Below, piece after piece: positions 19,446-29,289 of a stretch of 50,458 bases of DNA (position 1 is its first letter; every line of letters starts with the position of its first letter). The stretch is from Lachnospiraceae bacterium (lineage in GTDB: Bacteria > Bacteroidota > Bacteroidia > Flavobacteriales > Flavobacteriaceae): positions 1 through 50,458 of the forward strand of contig CAVBJB010000001.1 in the NCBI GenBank assembly GCA_963595625.1. The letters are read 5' to 3'. Made by a program: the position numbers and the translations under genes. Below the pieces are notes generated by a model that was not told where the DNA came from, ran no database searches, and saw nothing but the letters and a program-made list of their open reading frames with translations.

Positions 19446-20148
19446 AATAGATTTACAAAATATTGTTTTTTTAGATATTGAAACGGTTCCGGAATTTGAA
19501 AACTTTAATGAGGTTGATGCAACTACGCAACAATTATTTGAAGCTAAAACGGCGTATCAAAGAAAAGAAGAATTAACAGCGGAAGAATTTTACGAGAAAG
19601 CAGGAATTTGGGCTGAATTTGGTAAGATAATTTGTATCTCGGTTGGTTATTTTACTTACAAAAACGGTGAAAAATATTTTAGAGTTACTAGTTTACATGG
19701 TAATGAAGAACAAATTTTAAAGGATTTTTATAATTTACTCCAAAATTACTTTAATACGCCAGCGCATATTTTGTGTGGGCATAACAGTAAGGAATTCGAT
19801 ATCCCATTTATTGCTCGTAGGTATTTAATAAACGGACTAAAATTGCCAGAAAAATTAAATTTGTTTGGAAAAAAACCGTGGGAAATTCCGCATTTGGACA
19901 CTTTAGAACTTTGGAAGTTTGGCGATTACAAACATTTTACCTCTTTAAAGTTATTAACCCATGTATTGGGAATCCCATCGCCTAAGGACGATATTGATGG
20001 AAGCCAAGTAGCAAATGTTTATTATAAGGAAAAGGATATTGACCGTATAGTTTCCTATTGCGAAAAAGACGTAATAGCCACTGCCCAAGTGTACTTACGT
20101 TTAACTAACCAACCCCTTTTAGAAGAGGAAAATATTATTAAAGTGTAA
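19435..20148 (+). CDS. Stand-alone 3'-5' exonuclease related to the PolB exonuclease domain
   Basis: DEDDy motifs FLDIETVP, GHNSKEFD, YCEKD; ATG 19435 overlaps the upstream stop. Confidence 0.85.
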   Translation: MQTRIDLQNIVFLDIETVPEFENFNEVDATTQQLFEAKTAYQRKEELTAEEFYEKAGIWAEFGKIICISVGYFTYKNGEKYFRVTSLHGNEEQILKDFYNLLQNYFNTPAHILCGHNSKEFDIPFIARRYLINGLKLPEKLNLFGKKPWEIPHLDTLELWKFGDYKHFTSLKLLTHVLGIPSPKDDIDGSQVANVYYKEKDIDRIVSYCEKDVIATAQVYLRLTNQPLLEEENIIKV

Positions 20149-20174
20149 ATTTTTTAAAAAAACTTCGAATTTTA

Positions 20175-20206
20175 TTTGGTGGTTAAAAAATTTATTCAGA
20201 ATTTTG
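20175..20206 (+). promoter_or_regulatory. Candidate promoter for the leader/OsmC transcript
   Basis: TTTG (20175-20178), 20-bp spacer, GAATTTTG (20199-20206; one mismatch to TAnnTTTG). Confidence 0.45.
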
Positions 20207-20242
20207 AAAACATCAAATATAGATACAAAGACGAATAAAAAA

Positions 20243-20326
20243 ATGAACGCAATTAATTTTACATATAAACATAATTATAAGCAGATGTGTTTTTCGCATA
20301 TGTGCTTGGCTTTATATATTATGTAA
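20243..20326 (+). CDS. Leader peptide 1, MNAINFTYKHNYKQMCFSHMCLALYIM (27 aa)
   Basis: ATG after an A-rich tract; Met-Cys twice plus terminal Met; 3' part complementary to the downstream terminator arm. Confidence 0.75.
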   Translation: MNAINFTYKHNYKQMCFSHMCLALYIM

Positions 20327-20357
20327 GTAAACGTGTTCTGTTTAAAATATATCATAT

Positions 20358-20391
20358 AAAGCCTCGCCAATTTACTTGTCGAGGCTTTTTT
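20358..20391 (+). terminator. Attenuator terminator 1
   Basis: AAAGCCTCG-C-CAA-TTTAC-TTG-T-CGAGGCTTT and T tract; GGCTTTATAT (20308-20317) is the exact complement of 20354-20363. Confidence 0.8.
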
Positions 20392-20425
20392 CTTTAAAAT
20401 AAATTAATCGTCAAAATAAAAAATT

Positions 20426-20506
20426 ATGTTACAATTAGGTTTAAATACAAATAATAAGTGTATTAAGTCGTGGATGTATATCCGCCAGGGGACCTATTGT
20501 AAATAA
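20426..20506 (+). CDS. Leader peptide 2, MLQLGLNTNNKCIKSWMYIRQGTYCK (26 aa)
   Basis: ATG after an A-rich tract; two Cys and one internal Met; contains the antiterminator GGGACCT. Confidence 0.7.
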   Translation: MLQLGLNTNNKCIKSWMYIRQGTYCK

Positions 20507-20540
20507 GATGTGTATATTAGTTGTTATAGATATTTTTTTT

Positions 20541-20575
20541 AAGGTCCCATAGGCATTTGCTTGTGGGACTTTTTT
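20541..20575 (+). terminator. Attenuator terminator 2
   Basis: GTCCCATAGGC-ATTT-GCTTGTGGGAC then TTTTTT; GGGACCT (20489-20495) is the exact complement of AGGTCCC (20542-20548). Confidence 0.8.
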
Positions 20576-20650
20576 ATTAGCAGAAGTTTTGCCCAAGGGC
20601 ATTTTTATATAGAAGAACATATTAGAAGTAGAATTAAAACTTTAGAAATT

Positions 20651-21109
20651 ATGAGTAGACAAGTAGTAAACGTATTAGGCTTTTCGAGCAATGAAAACCA
20701 ATTTGTAGTAAAATCACAAAACTTTTCAGTGAAAATTAATAACCAAATGGTAAATGCTGAATCAGAGCATCCAAGTCCAATTGAGTATTTATTATCTGGA
20801 ATTGCAGGTAGTATTAATGCTACAGGTCAAATTGTTGCCAAAGAGCTAAATATGGATTTAAAATCTATTCAAGTTGAAATTTCTGGAGAAATAGAGTCTA
20901 AAAAATTTGAAGGGGAAAAAACACGATCTCGAGCAGGATTACGTGCTATAGAGGTCGTCATAAAACCTACTTCTAACGCTTCTATACCTACTCTAAAATT
21001 ATGGATGGACACGGTTAAAGAAAGATGTCCTATTTACGATAACCTAATTAATAATACACCCGTAAGTATTTCATTAGTTAAAGATTATTTTCAGCAAAAT
21101 GTTGCGTAA
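20651..21109 (+). CDS. OsmC/Ohr-family protein (152 aa), first conserved Cys replaced by Ser
   Basis: PSPIEYLLSGIAGS..., ERCPIYDNL; ATG 20651 preferred because the track's TTG 20561 lies inside terminator 2. Confidence 0.82.
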   Translation: MSRQVVNVLGFSSNENQFVVKSQNFSVKINNQMVNAESEHPSPIEYLLSGIAGSINATGQIVAKELNMDLKSIQVEISGEIESKKFEGEKTRSRAGLRAIEVVIKPTSNASIPTLKLWMDTVKERCPIYDNLINNTPVSISLVKDYFQQNVA

Positions 21110-21161
21110 TCTATAGGATTATGAAAATTTAATATTTTGTAATGTTTGTTTGTTTAGTTTG

Positions 21162-21192
21162 AAAACCTCTTCTATCCAGAAGAGGTTTTTTT
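21162..21192 (+). terminator. Intrinsic terminator after the OsmC-family gene
   Basis: AAAACCTCTTCT-ATCC-AGAAGAGGTTTT followed by more T. Confidence 0.85.
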
Positions 21193-21226
21193 ATAGTATA
21201 TTTGATATAGAATTTATTTTAATCCC

Positions 21227-22915
21227 ATGGAAAATCCTACTCCTTTGTTACAATATAATCAAGTTTCTATATCTTTTTTAAATCAAAAAGAATGGAAAAA
21301 AGTATTGTTTGATACCTCATTTAGTGTTCTACCAAATGAAATATTAGGAATTGTAGGCGAATCCGGTTCGGGTAAATCCATAACCTCTTTAGCTGCTATG
21401 GGGTTATTACCTCAGGACAAAACTAAAATAGAAGGTTCTATAAAATTTAAGCAACAAGAAATTAAAGGCTTAACAGACAAACAATGGCAACAAATTAGAG
21501 GTAAATCTATAGCCATGATTTTCCAAGAACCTATGAGTTCCTTAAACCCTTCCATGAAATGTGGGGAGCAAGTGGCCGAAATTTTAAAACAACATACATC
21601 GTTAACCTCAACACAAATTAAGCAAGAAGTCATTAACTTATTTAATAAAGTTAAATTACCTCTACCAGAGGTAACCTATTCTAAATACCCACATCAACTA
21701 TCCGGCGGACAAAAGCAACGTGTAATGATTGCAATGGCAATTGCCTGTAAACCCGATTTATTAATAGCAGACGAACCCACAACAGCTTTAGATGTAACCG
21801 TTCAAAAAGAAATTATTTTATTATTGAAAGAGTTACAAAAAGAGACTAAAATGTCTATTATTTTTATTACTCATGATTTGTCTTTGTTGTCAGAGATAGC
21901 CGATCGTGTTTTAGTTATGTTTAGAGGAGAGTTGGTAGAACAAGGTGCCGCAAAAGAAATATTTAACAATCCACAACAAACTTATACCAAAGCCCTTATA
22001 GCCTCTAGACCGAGTTTAGATGTACGATTAAAAAGGTTACCAACCATTCAAGATTTTTTAGAAAACAAAGTTATTGAGGAGGAGGTAACAAATACTCAGC
22101 GTAAACAAAATCAAGAAAAGTTATATAAACAATCTCCATTACTTGAAGTTATTAATGTAGAGAAAGAATATTTTAACACTGCCGGATTTTTTGGTAAAAA
22201 ACAAAGTTTTAAAGCCGTTAATAACGTATCCTTTAAAATTTATGAAGGAGAAACGGTTGGTCTAGTAGGAGAGTCTGGATGCGGAAAATCAACACTGGGT
22301 AATACTATTCTACAATTAGATAAGGCAACAGCTGGAAAAATAATTTACAAAGGTAAAGACATTACCCATTGTAGTAAAACTGAGTTAAAAGAATTACGTA
22401 AGGAGATTCAAATTATATTTCAGGACCCTTATTCCTCTTTAAATCCAAGATTAACTGTGGGTCGTGCCATAATGGAACCTATGCAAGTGCATAAATTGTA
22501 TAAAAACGATAAGGAGAGAAAAGCCAAAACCATAGAGATTTTAGAGCGCGTGGGGCTAGGAGAGGAGCATTTTGATCGATATCCCCATGAATTTTCTGGA
22601 GGTCAACGCCAACGTGTGGGAATAGCTCGTACCATAGCATTACAGCCTAAGGTTATTGTTTGTGATGAGTCGGTTTCAGCACTCGATATTTCTGTACAGG
22701 CTCAAGTATTAAATCTTTTAAATGAATTAAAGGAGAATTTTGGTTTTACCTACGTCTTTATTTCTCATGATCTAGCAGTAGTTAAGTACTTTTCAGATCA
22801 AGTTTTGGTAATGAATAAAGGTAGAATTGAAGAAATGGCTGATGCTGACGAAATTTATGCTAATCCTCAAAAAGAATATACAAAAAAGTTAATTAACGCT
22901 ATACCAAAAGGATAA
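21227..22915 (+). CDS. Fused dual-NBD ABC ATP-binding protein (peptide/GsiA/YejF-like)
   Basis: Two GESGxGKS Walker A motifs, YPHQLSGGQ / YPHEFSGGQ, two Walker B motifs. Confidence 0.93.
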   Translation: MENPTPLLQYNQVSISFLNQKEWKKVLFDTSFSVLPNEILGIVGESGSGKSITSLAAMGLLPQDKTKIEGSIKFKQQEIKGLTDKQWQQIRGKSIAMIFQEPMSSLNPSMKCGEQVAEILKQHTSLTSTQIKQEVINLFNKVKLPLPEVTYSKYPHQLSGGQKQRVMIAMAIACKPDLLIADEPTTALDVTVQKEIILLLKELQKETKMSIIFITHDLSLLSEIADRVLVMFRGELVEQGAAKEIFNNPQQTYTKALIASRPSLDVRLKRLPTIQDFLENKVIEEEVTNTQRKQNQEKLYKQSPLLEVINVEKEYFNTAGFFGKKQSFKAVNNVSFKIYEGETVGLVGESGCGKSTLGNTILQLDKATAGKIIYKGKDITHCSKTELKELRKEIQIIFQDPYSSLNPRLTVGRAIMEPMQVHKLYKNDKERKAKTIEILERVGLGEEHFDRYPHEFSGGQRQRVGIARTIALQPKVIVCDESVSALDISVQAQVLNLLNELKENFGFTYVFISHDLAVVKYFSDQVLVMNKGRIEEMADADEIYANPQKEYTKKLINAIPKG

Positions 22916-23084
22916 ATTTACTAATATCTATTAAAAGCAGACAAAGTATAAGTTATTTCTATTCAGATAGATATATTACTTAAAATGAATCTAAATTAGA
23001 TAAAATAACATTTGTTTAAAAGTCTAAAAACGCCTTGTTTTATTGTTATTTAGTAAATTTACCAATCTTAAAAATTAAATCAGA

Positions 23085-24689
23085 ATGTCAGATTTTATAT
23101 ATCAGGATTCATTTCCTATCCAAAAAGATGATACTCAGTATCGTAAAATTACTTCAGATTACGTAAAAGTTGAAAAATTAGGAGAACGCGAAATATTAAC
23201 TGTAGATCCTAAAGGATTAGAATTATTAGCGGAAGTTGCCATGACAGACGTATCTTTTATGTTACGTACAGCTCACTTAGAAAAACTACGCGCGATTATT
23301 GACGATCCAGAAGCAACAGATAACGATCGTTTCGTAGCTTATAATTTATTACAAAACGCTGCTGTAGCAGTTAATGGAGAATTACCATCTTGCCAAGATA
23401 CAGGAACGGCGATTGTAATGGGTAAAAAAGGTGAAAATGTTTATACTGGAATTGATGATGCTGAAGCTTTATCTAAAGGTATTTACAACACATATGTTAA
23501 TAAGAATTTAAGATACTCTCAAATTGTACCAATCTCAATGTTTGAGGAGAAAAACTCAGGATCAAACTTACCGGCACAAATTGATATCTACTCTAAAAAA
23601 GGAAATTCTTATGAATTCTTATTTTTAGCAAAAGGAGGAGGATCTGCTAACAAAACCTTCCTTTACCAACAAACAAAATCGTTATTAAACGAGAAGTCTT
23701 TAGAGGCGTTTATTAAAGCTAAAATTATGGATTTAGGAACAGCTGCATGCCCTCCTTACCATTTAGCCTTAGTAATTGGTGGAACATCTGCCGAATCTAA
23801 CTTAGCAACCGTTAAAAAAGCATCTGCAGGTTATTACGACAATTTACCAACAAGTGGTAATATGGCAGGACAAGCGTTTCGTGATTTAGCGTGGGAAAAA
23901 AGAGTACAGGAAATTTGTCAAGAATCTGGAGTAGGTGCACAATTTGGTGGTAAATACCTAGTACACGACGTTCGTGTAATACGTTTACCTCGTCACGCGG
24001 CATCTTGTCCCGTTGGTTTAGGTGTTTCTTGTTCTGCGGACAGAAATATTAAAGGTAAAATTACAGCTGAAGGTATTTTTGTTGAACAATTAGAAGCTAA
24101 CCCAGCTCGATTATTACCTGAAACGGCTCCGCATTTAGAAGCTCCAGTTAACATTGATTTAAATCAACCTATGGCTGATATTTTAGCAGAGTTAACAAAA
24201 TACCCTATTAAAACTCGTTTAATGTTAAACGGAACTGTAATTGTTGCACGAGATATTGCTCATGCTAAAATTAAAGAAATGTTAGATAACGGGCAACCAA
24301 TGCCAGAGTACTTTAAAAATCACCCGGTTTATTATGCTGGACCTGCAAAAACTCCAACAGGAATGGCTTCAGGATCTTTTGGACCAACTACTGCTGGACG
24401 TATGGACAGCTACGTAGACCAATTCCAGGCAGCTGGTGGTTCTATGATTATGTTAGCTAAAGGTAACCGTTCTCAACAAGTTACAGATGCGTGTGCTAAA
24501 CACGGAGGTTTTTACCTTGGATCTATTGGTGGACCGGCTGCTATTTTAGCACAGGATAACATTTTAAATGTTGAAGTAGTTGATTTCCCAGAGTTAGGAA
24601 TGGAAGCTGTACGTAAAATTACAGTTAAAGATTTCCCTGCTTTCATTATTACGGATGACAAAGGAAACGACTTTTTCCAAAACTTATAA
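23085..24689 (+). CDS. Class I (Fe-S) fumarate hydratase, FumA/FumB type
   Basis: [43 protein letters not shown]. Confidence 0.95.
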   Translation: MSDFIYQDSFPIQKDDTQYRKITSDYVKVEKLGEREILTVDPKGLELLAEVAMTDVSFMLRTAHLEKLRAIIDDPEATDNDRFVAYNLLQNAAVAVNGELPSCQDTGTAIVMGKKGENVYTGIDDAEALSKGIYNTYVNKNLRYSQIVPISMFEEKNSGSNLPAQIDIYSKKGNSYEFLFLAKGGGSANKTFLYQQTKSLLNEKSLEAFIKAKIMDLGTAACPPYHLALVIGGTSAESNLATVKKASAGYYDNLPTSGNMAGQAFRDLAWEKRVQEICQESGVGAQFGGKYLVHDVRVIRLPRHAASCPVGLGVSCSADRNIKGKITAEGIFVEQLEANPARLLPETAPHLEAPVNIDLNQPMADILAELTKYPIKTRLMLNGTVIVARDIAHAKIKEMLDNGQPMPEYFKNHPVYYAGPAKTPTGMASGSFGPTTAGRMDSYVDQFQAAGGSMIMLAKGNRSQQVTDACAKHGGFYLGSIGGPAAILAQDNILNVEVVDFPELGMEAVRKITVKDFPAFIITDDKGNDFFQNL

Positions 24690-24711
24690 TAAGCAATACC
24701 TATATATATTT

Positions 24712-24743
24712 AAGCCTCTTTGTTATGCAAAGAGGCTTTTTTT
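24712..24743 (+). terminator. Intrinsic terminator after fumarase
   Basis: AAGCCTCTTTG-TTATG-CAAAGAGGCTT followed by a T tract. Confidence 0.85.
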
Positions 24744-24800
24744 ATTTATAAAAATAATTTTGGTTAGATATTTGCAGTTATACTTATAAACAAATTGATT

Positions 24801-25256
24801 ATGAAAAAAAGTATTGTACTTATAGCTATAGCAACTATTTGCTTAACTACAACAAGCTGCTCTAGTTTTAAGGATAAAGGTTTAACGGACTATTACACTT
24901 TATACGATAAAAAAATTGATAAAATAAAAGTTCCTCCGTTTTTATTAAATACGTTAGCAGGAAAGGCTGAATTAAAACCAATATTGAAATACATACAATC
25001 TGCAGAATTGGTTACTGTAAACAATGCAACATCTAAAATGAAGAAAAATTTACAATCTGCTATTAAATACGATCAATTTCAAAAATATTTTGATTTTAAT
25101 TTAGCAGGTGAACCTATAACAATGTATGCTATTGAAGAAAATGAAGTGGTTAAAAATATAATTTTCAGCATTCAAAGCGGAGAAAATATTAAACTAATAG
25201 ATGCAAAGGTGAATGTCCCTTTTAGCGAGTTCGAAAAAGTACTAAGTAAGTTATAA
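24801..25256 (+). CDS. Hypothetical lipoprotein, DUF4252-like
   Basis: MKK signal with lipobox TTSC; IKVPPFL pattern recalled from DUF4252. Confidence 0.55.
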   Translation: MKKSIVLIAIATICLTTTSCSSFKDKGLTDYYTLYDKKIDKIKVPPFLLNTLAGKAELKPILKYIQSAELVTVNNATSKMKKNLQSAIKYDQFQKYFDFNLAGEPITMYAIEENEVVKNIIFSIQSGENIKLIDAKVNVPFSEFEKVLSKL

Positions 25257-25326
25257 AACAAATAAGTAATTCAGTTGGACAGCTGAATTCCTTTTTTATA
25301 ATTAATAACCACTAAAAACAATTTCT

Positions 25327-25947
25327 CTATTTACCGAAAAATCTACTGAAAAATCCTTTATTCTCAACTTCTTGTTTATTGATTTGACCAAGTCTTGCTG
25401 CCTCTTTAGCTTCATAGTCGGCCATAATATCAAGAATGTAATCTACATAAGATTTACCTTTTTCTTCTAGAAAACCAATTAAGTATTTCTCAGAAGCTTC
25501 CATGCCGCTTACTTGCTCAATTTGTAACAATTTTTTGTAAAGTGGCTCCATATAATTTTGAATAACTGGAGTTGGTACTGCTTTTCTGCGAGCAAAAAAG
25601 TGTGTGATTTCTCCGTTATCGTTTCTTGCAATATCAAAATCTGTGATAACCCAGTAATAACGTCCTGTTTTAGCCATGTTTTTAACAATAGCATGAAAGT
25701 TATTACCTGCTTTTAAATTATCCCATAAAACTTTAAAAATAACTCTTGGCATATCTGGGTGACGAATAATACTATGAGGCTGTGCCATTAATTCGTAATC
25801 TTCGTATCCTGAAACATCAATAAATACATCGTTAGCATACTCAATAGTTCCGTATTTATCTGTTTTAGACATAATTGTTTTTGTTTTGTCCCAAACAACT
25901 TCCTTATCCACAGGTGTAGGTCTTTGTATGTTTAATTCTACTGACAT
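25327..25947 (-). CDS. Stand-alone Aer/CetB-like PAS-domain protein
   Basis: SKTDKYGTIEYANDVF..SGY...PHSIIRHPDMP...VKNMAKTGRYYWV. Confidence 0.88.
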   Translation of the reverse strand: MSVELNIQRPTPVDKEVVWDKTKTIMSKTDKYGTIEYANDVFIDVSGYEDYELMAQPHSIIRHPDMPRVIFKVLWDNLKAGNNFHAIVKNMAKTGRYYWVITDFDIARNDNGEITHFFARRKAVPTPVIQNYMEPLYKKLLQIEQVSGMEASEKYLIGFLEEKGKSYVDYILDIMADYEAKEAARLGQINKQEVENKGFFSRFFGK

Positions 25948-26048
25948 AATTTTAGTTTTTTAAGATTTTTTGTTTTGATTTCTTTGTTCTTGATCTTATT
26001 GTTGTATTTCTACATAGCAAAGTAACAGTAACTATAAAAAATTTAAAA

Positions 26049-26060
26049 TGACATTTGTCA
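26049..26060. promoter_or_regulatory. TGACA-TT-TGTCA palindrome, candidate Crp/Fnr-type site for the PAS gene
   Basis: Perfect palindrome with a TGA-N6-TCA core, centred about 36 bp upstream of the 3' end of a TACTTTG element (26018-26024, minus strand). Confidence 0.5.
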
Positions 26061-26066
26061 GCAAAT

Positions 26067-26096
26067 AAAAAAAGGTTAGAAATTCTAACCTTTTTT
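26067..26096 (-). terminator. Terminator after the rRNA methyltransferase gene
   Basis: AAAAAAGGTTAGA-AAT-TCTAACCTTTTTT. Confidence 0.8.
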
Positions 26097-26097
26097 G

Positions 26098-27264
26098 TTA
26101 TTCTACATATAAAACTAAACCTTTAAGGTAAGAACCCTCTGGGTGATAAATATTTACTGGGTGATCTGGACCTTGAGTTAATTTGTGTAAAACTCTAATT
26201 GTACGTCCAGACTCTATAGCAGCGGCTGCTACTGTGTTATAAAATAAAACATCGTCTATTACCTGAGAACATGAAAAAGTAAATAACACACTATTTGGCG
26301 CTAGGGCTTTAAAACCTGCAATATTTAAACGTTTATACGCTTGTGTAGCAGAGTGTTTAGATTTTATACTTTTAGCAAATGCAGGAGGATCTAAAACAAT
26401 TAAATCATAAACGGCTTTATTTTCTTTCATGTAATCAAAAACATCTGCAGCAACTGCTTCATGGTTTGATCCCGGAAAGTTTAATTCCATATTTTTAGCC
26501 GCTAAATCAACTGCTTTTTGAGAGATATCTACAGAGGTTACTAGTTCTGCACCACCTGCCATAGCGTAAACAGAAAAACCTCCTGTATAACAAAATGTAT
26601 TAAGTACTTTTTTTCCTTTAGAAAATTCTTTTAATAACTGTCTGTTATCTCTTTGATCTAAAAAGAAACCTGTTTTTTGACCTTCAACCCAGTTAACCGA
26701 ATAGCTGATTCCATTTTCTTTAGCAACCGTTTCACTATTCTCTCCGAATAAATGAAAATCTGTACCTGTGTTTGGTAAGGTTGTACGGCTTTTACAGTAA
26801 ACGGTTTCGCAATACTCAGGAAAATTAGCTTTAATAGCCTCAGTAATTTCTTTTAATTGGTAATAAATACCAGATGAATGCGCTTGAATGATCCAGTTGT
26901 TGTTGTAAAAATCTATGATTAATCCCGGAACATTATCACCTTCACCATGAATAACACGGAAAGCATTTGTTTGATTAAAATCAAGGATTTTTGTACGTAG
27001 TTTCCAAGCACTTTCTAATTTATCTTTCCAAAATGATTTAGATAAATCCTCAGCACCAAACTGAATAATTCGGACTACGATACTCCCTTTATCACTAAAA
27101 AAACCGGTTCCTAGAATATCTCCATTAGAGGCAATTACTTGAACTAATTCTCCGTCGTTAATATCTCTAGAAACTCCATAAACAGCACCACTAAAAACCC
27201 ATGGGTGTTTACGTAATAATGATTTCTCTTTTCCTTGCTTTAATATAATTTGTGCGTAATCCAT
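26098..27264 (-). CDS. rlmI: RlmI-type class I SAM-dependent rRNA m5C methyltransferase
   Basis: PUA-like HPWVFSGA, GQKTGFFLDQR, FCYTGGFS, LDPPAF, FSCS, DHP, YLKG. Confidence 0.85.
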   Translation of the reverse strand: MDYAQIILKQGKEKSLLRKHPWVFSGAVYGVSRDINDGELVQVIASNGDILGTGFFSDKGSIVVRIIQFGAEDLSKSFWKDKLESAWKLRTKILDFNQTNAFRVIHGEGDNVPGLIIDFYNNNWIIQAHSSGIYYQLKEITEAIKANFPEYCETVYCKSRTTLPNTGTDFHLFGENSETVAKENGISYSVNWVEGQKTGFFLDQRDNRQLLKEFSKGKKVLNTFCYTGGFSVYAMAGGAELVTSVDISQKAVDLAAKNMELNFPGSNHEAVAADVFDYMKENKAVYDLIVLDPPAFAKSIKSKHSATQAYKRLNIAGFKALAPNSVLFTFSCSQVIDDVLFYNTVAAAAIESGRTIRVLHKLTQGPDHPVNIYHPEGSYLKGLVLYVE

Positions 27265-27342
27265 ATTACTCTTTTATTTTTATGCAAAAGTAAAAAAACG
27301 AGAGTTTAAATATTACAAATTGATTATAAATTTAGTAGAAGC

Positions 27343-27370
27343 AAAAAAGCACCTAAAAGGTGCTTTTTTT
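27343..27370 (-). terminator. Terminator after the AI-2E transporter gene
   Basis: AAAAAAGCACC-TAAAA-GGTGCTTTTTT. Confidence 0.75.
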
Positions 27371-28574
27371 ATTTTGTATCCGAATCTGACTTTTTGTTCT
27401 CGTCAAACTCTTTATGATTTTCCTCCTCGGTTTGTAAAGCTCTTGGAAGCTCACTACCGGCAGGTTTCTTTCTATATAAATATTTGTTGTAATATTTTTC
27501 GAAAAGTGGAGTAGGAGCGTCATCTTCTCCCAATAAAAATCCGTAAGGTCTCATCCCTTCTACTTTATCAAAAATTATTTTTGAGATGGCAAGTAAGGGT
27601 ATTGCTAAGAACATACCTGCAATTCCCCAAATCGACTCGGCAACTATAATTCCAAATAATACGATAAAAGAATTTACTTGAACCTTTGAACCGATAATTT
27701 TAGGTGTAATTATATTTCCATCAATGGAATTCACAACAATTACGGAAACAATTACCCATAGAGCTTGCATAGGTTCTCCTGTTGCTAATGTTACCACTGC
27801 TGCTAAAACGGTTGCTGTAAATATACCTATGTAAGGTATTAAATTTAGAATTCCGCAAAGAGCTGCAAATAAAAAAGCGTATTTAATCCCTATAATCGAA
27901 AAGGCAATAAACATCATGGTTGTGACACATATTACCTGAATTATAAGTCCTAGAAGATATTGTTTAATTATACTTTGTACGTCTGAAATTGTTTCTTTTA
28001 CTTTATCTTGATGCTTAGGATCAAAACACCATATTACAAATTTTACTAAGTGACTACGGTACAATAGAATAAAAAATATGTAAAGAAATACAAAGGACGC
28101 TGCAGCTATAGTTGAGGTAAATGTTCCTAAAACCTGCCCAACTACGGATGATCCTTTTTTAAGTGTTGATTCAGCATTGTTATTAATGTATTCCATTTGT
28201 TTTTCCTCGTCAATACCAAAATGTTGATTTACATATGTTTGTCCTTGATGAAACAAATCCGTCATTTGCTTTTTAAACTCCGGTAAATCATCCTTAAAAT
28301 GTACTATTTGAGAACCTAAGAAATAAAAAATTCCTAAAATAAATAATACAAATAAAATAGGGGATACTAAAGAGGAAACAATTCTTGGAAACTTAAATTT
28401 ACGCTCTTGAAAATTAGCTAAGGGCAAAAGTAACAAAGCAATTAAAAAGCCTAAAAATAAAGGAACTAATATATTTTGACCTAAGATACTGATATATACT
28501 AACAAAAATAAACTTACCAAAATACAAGTAAGCCTAAGTATAAAGGAGAAATTTTGTTTCGTGTTATTTTCCAT
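27369..28574 (-). CDS. AI-2E (UPF0118/PerM) family transporter
   Basis: Multi-TM, LNLIPYIG, GNIITPKIIG, WGIAGMFLAIP. Confidence 0.9.
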   Translation of the reverse strand: MENNTKQNFSFILRLTCILVSLFLLVYISILGQNILVPLFLGFLIALLLLPLANFQERKFKFPRIVSSLVSPILFVLFILGIFYFLGSQIVHFKDDLPEFKKQMTDLFHQGQTYVNQHFGIDEEKQMEYINNNAESTLKKGSSVVGQVLGTFTSTIAAASFVFLYIFFILLYRSHLVKFVIWCFDPKHQDKVKETISDVQSIIKQYLLGLIIQVICVTTMMFIAFSIIGIKYAFLFAALCGILNLIPYIGIFTATVLAAVVTLATGEPMQALWVIVSVIVVNSIDGNIITPKIIGSKVQVNSFIVLFGIIVAESIWGIAGMFLAIPLLAISKIIFDKVEGMRPYGFLLGEDDAPTPLFEKYYNKYLYRKKPAGSELPRALQTEEENHKEFDENKKSDSDTK

Positions 28575-28621
28575 AATATAGTTTTTTGTAGTATAACGTA
28601 CGGTAAGCTAAAAAATTTTTA

Positions 28622-29278
28622 TTACAACTGCATTTCCGGTATATCACCTTCTATAATTAATTCAGCTTCTGTAGCTTTTATAATATCATCCACGCTAACT
28701 CCTGGTGCTCGTTCAAGTAATTTAAAACCTTTAGGTGTAATTTCTAATACAGCTAATTCTGTAACTACTTTTTTAACACATCCCACACCGGTTAAGGGAA
28801 GGGTACAGTTTTTTAAAATTTTAGATTCACCTTCTTTATTAACATGCATCATGGCTACAATAATATTTTCTGCAGATGCCACTAAATCCATAGCACCTCC
28901 CATACCTTTAACCATTTTACCAGGAATTTTCCAATTGGCTATATCTCCATTTTCTGATACTTCCATTGCACCTAAAATTGTTAAATCCACGTGTTGCGAA
29001 CGAATCATACCGAAAGAAGTTGCCGAGTCAAAGAACACAGCACCTGGTAAGGTGGTAATCGTTTGTTTTCCGGCATTTATTAAATCTGGATCCTCTTCTC
29101 CTTCAAAAGGGAAAGGTCCCATGCCTAAAACACCATTTTCACTTTGAAATTCTACATTTATACCTTCTGGGATATAGTTTGCTACAAGCGTAGGGATTCC
29201 TATTCCTAAATTTACATAATATCCATCTTTTAATTCTTGAGCAATGCGTTTTGCAATTCCAATTTTATCTAAAGCCAT
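28622..29278 (-). CDS. scoB: 3-oxoacid CoA-transferase subunit B
   Basis: VNLGIGIPT, catalytic SENG, GMGGAMDL. Confidence 0.92.
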   Translation of the reverse strand: MALDKIGIAKRIAQELKDGYYVNLGIGIPTLVANYIPEGINVEFQSENGVLGMGPFPFEGEEDPDLINAGKQTITTLPGAVFFDSATSFGMIRSQHVDLTILGAMEVSENGDIANWKIPGKMVKGMGGAMDLVASAENIIVAMMHVNKEGESKILKNCTLPLTGVGCVKKVVTELAVLEITPKGFKLLERAPGVSVDDIIKATEAELIIEGDIPEMQL

Positions 29279-29289
29279 TTCAATTCTTA

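Noticed and set aside
19435..20148. Anti-phage or mobile-element exonuclease
   Set aside because: Overlaps a housekeeping-type hydrolase gene, with no defence or mobility genes nearby
20330..20580. SAM riboswitch or T-box upstream of the OsmC-family gene
   Set aside because: No SAM-I/II core or T-box UGGN bulge recognised; uORF plus antiterminator pairing explains both terminators
20561..20650. TTG-start N-terminal extension of the OsmC-family ORF
   Set aside because: Start lies inside terminator 2; ATG 20651 after an A/T-rich leader fits the family length
28554..29147. 197-aa plus-strand ORF
   Set aside because: Antisense shadow of scoB; the same applies to the other short antisense ORFs inside rpiB, rnr, hem genes, PBP1A, feoB, mntR and glnS
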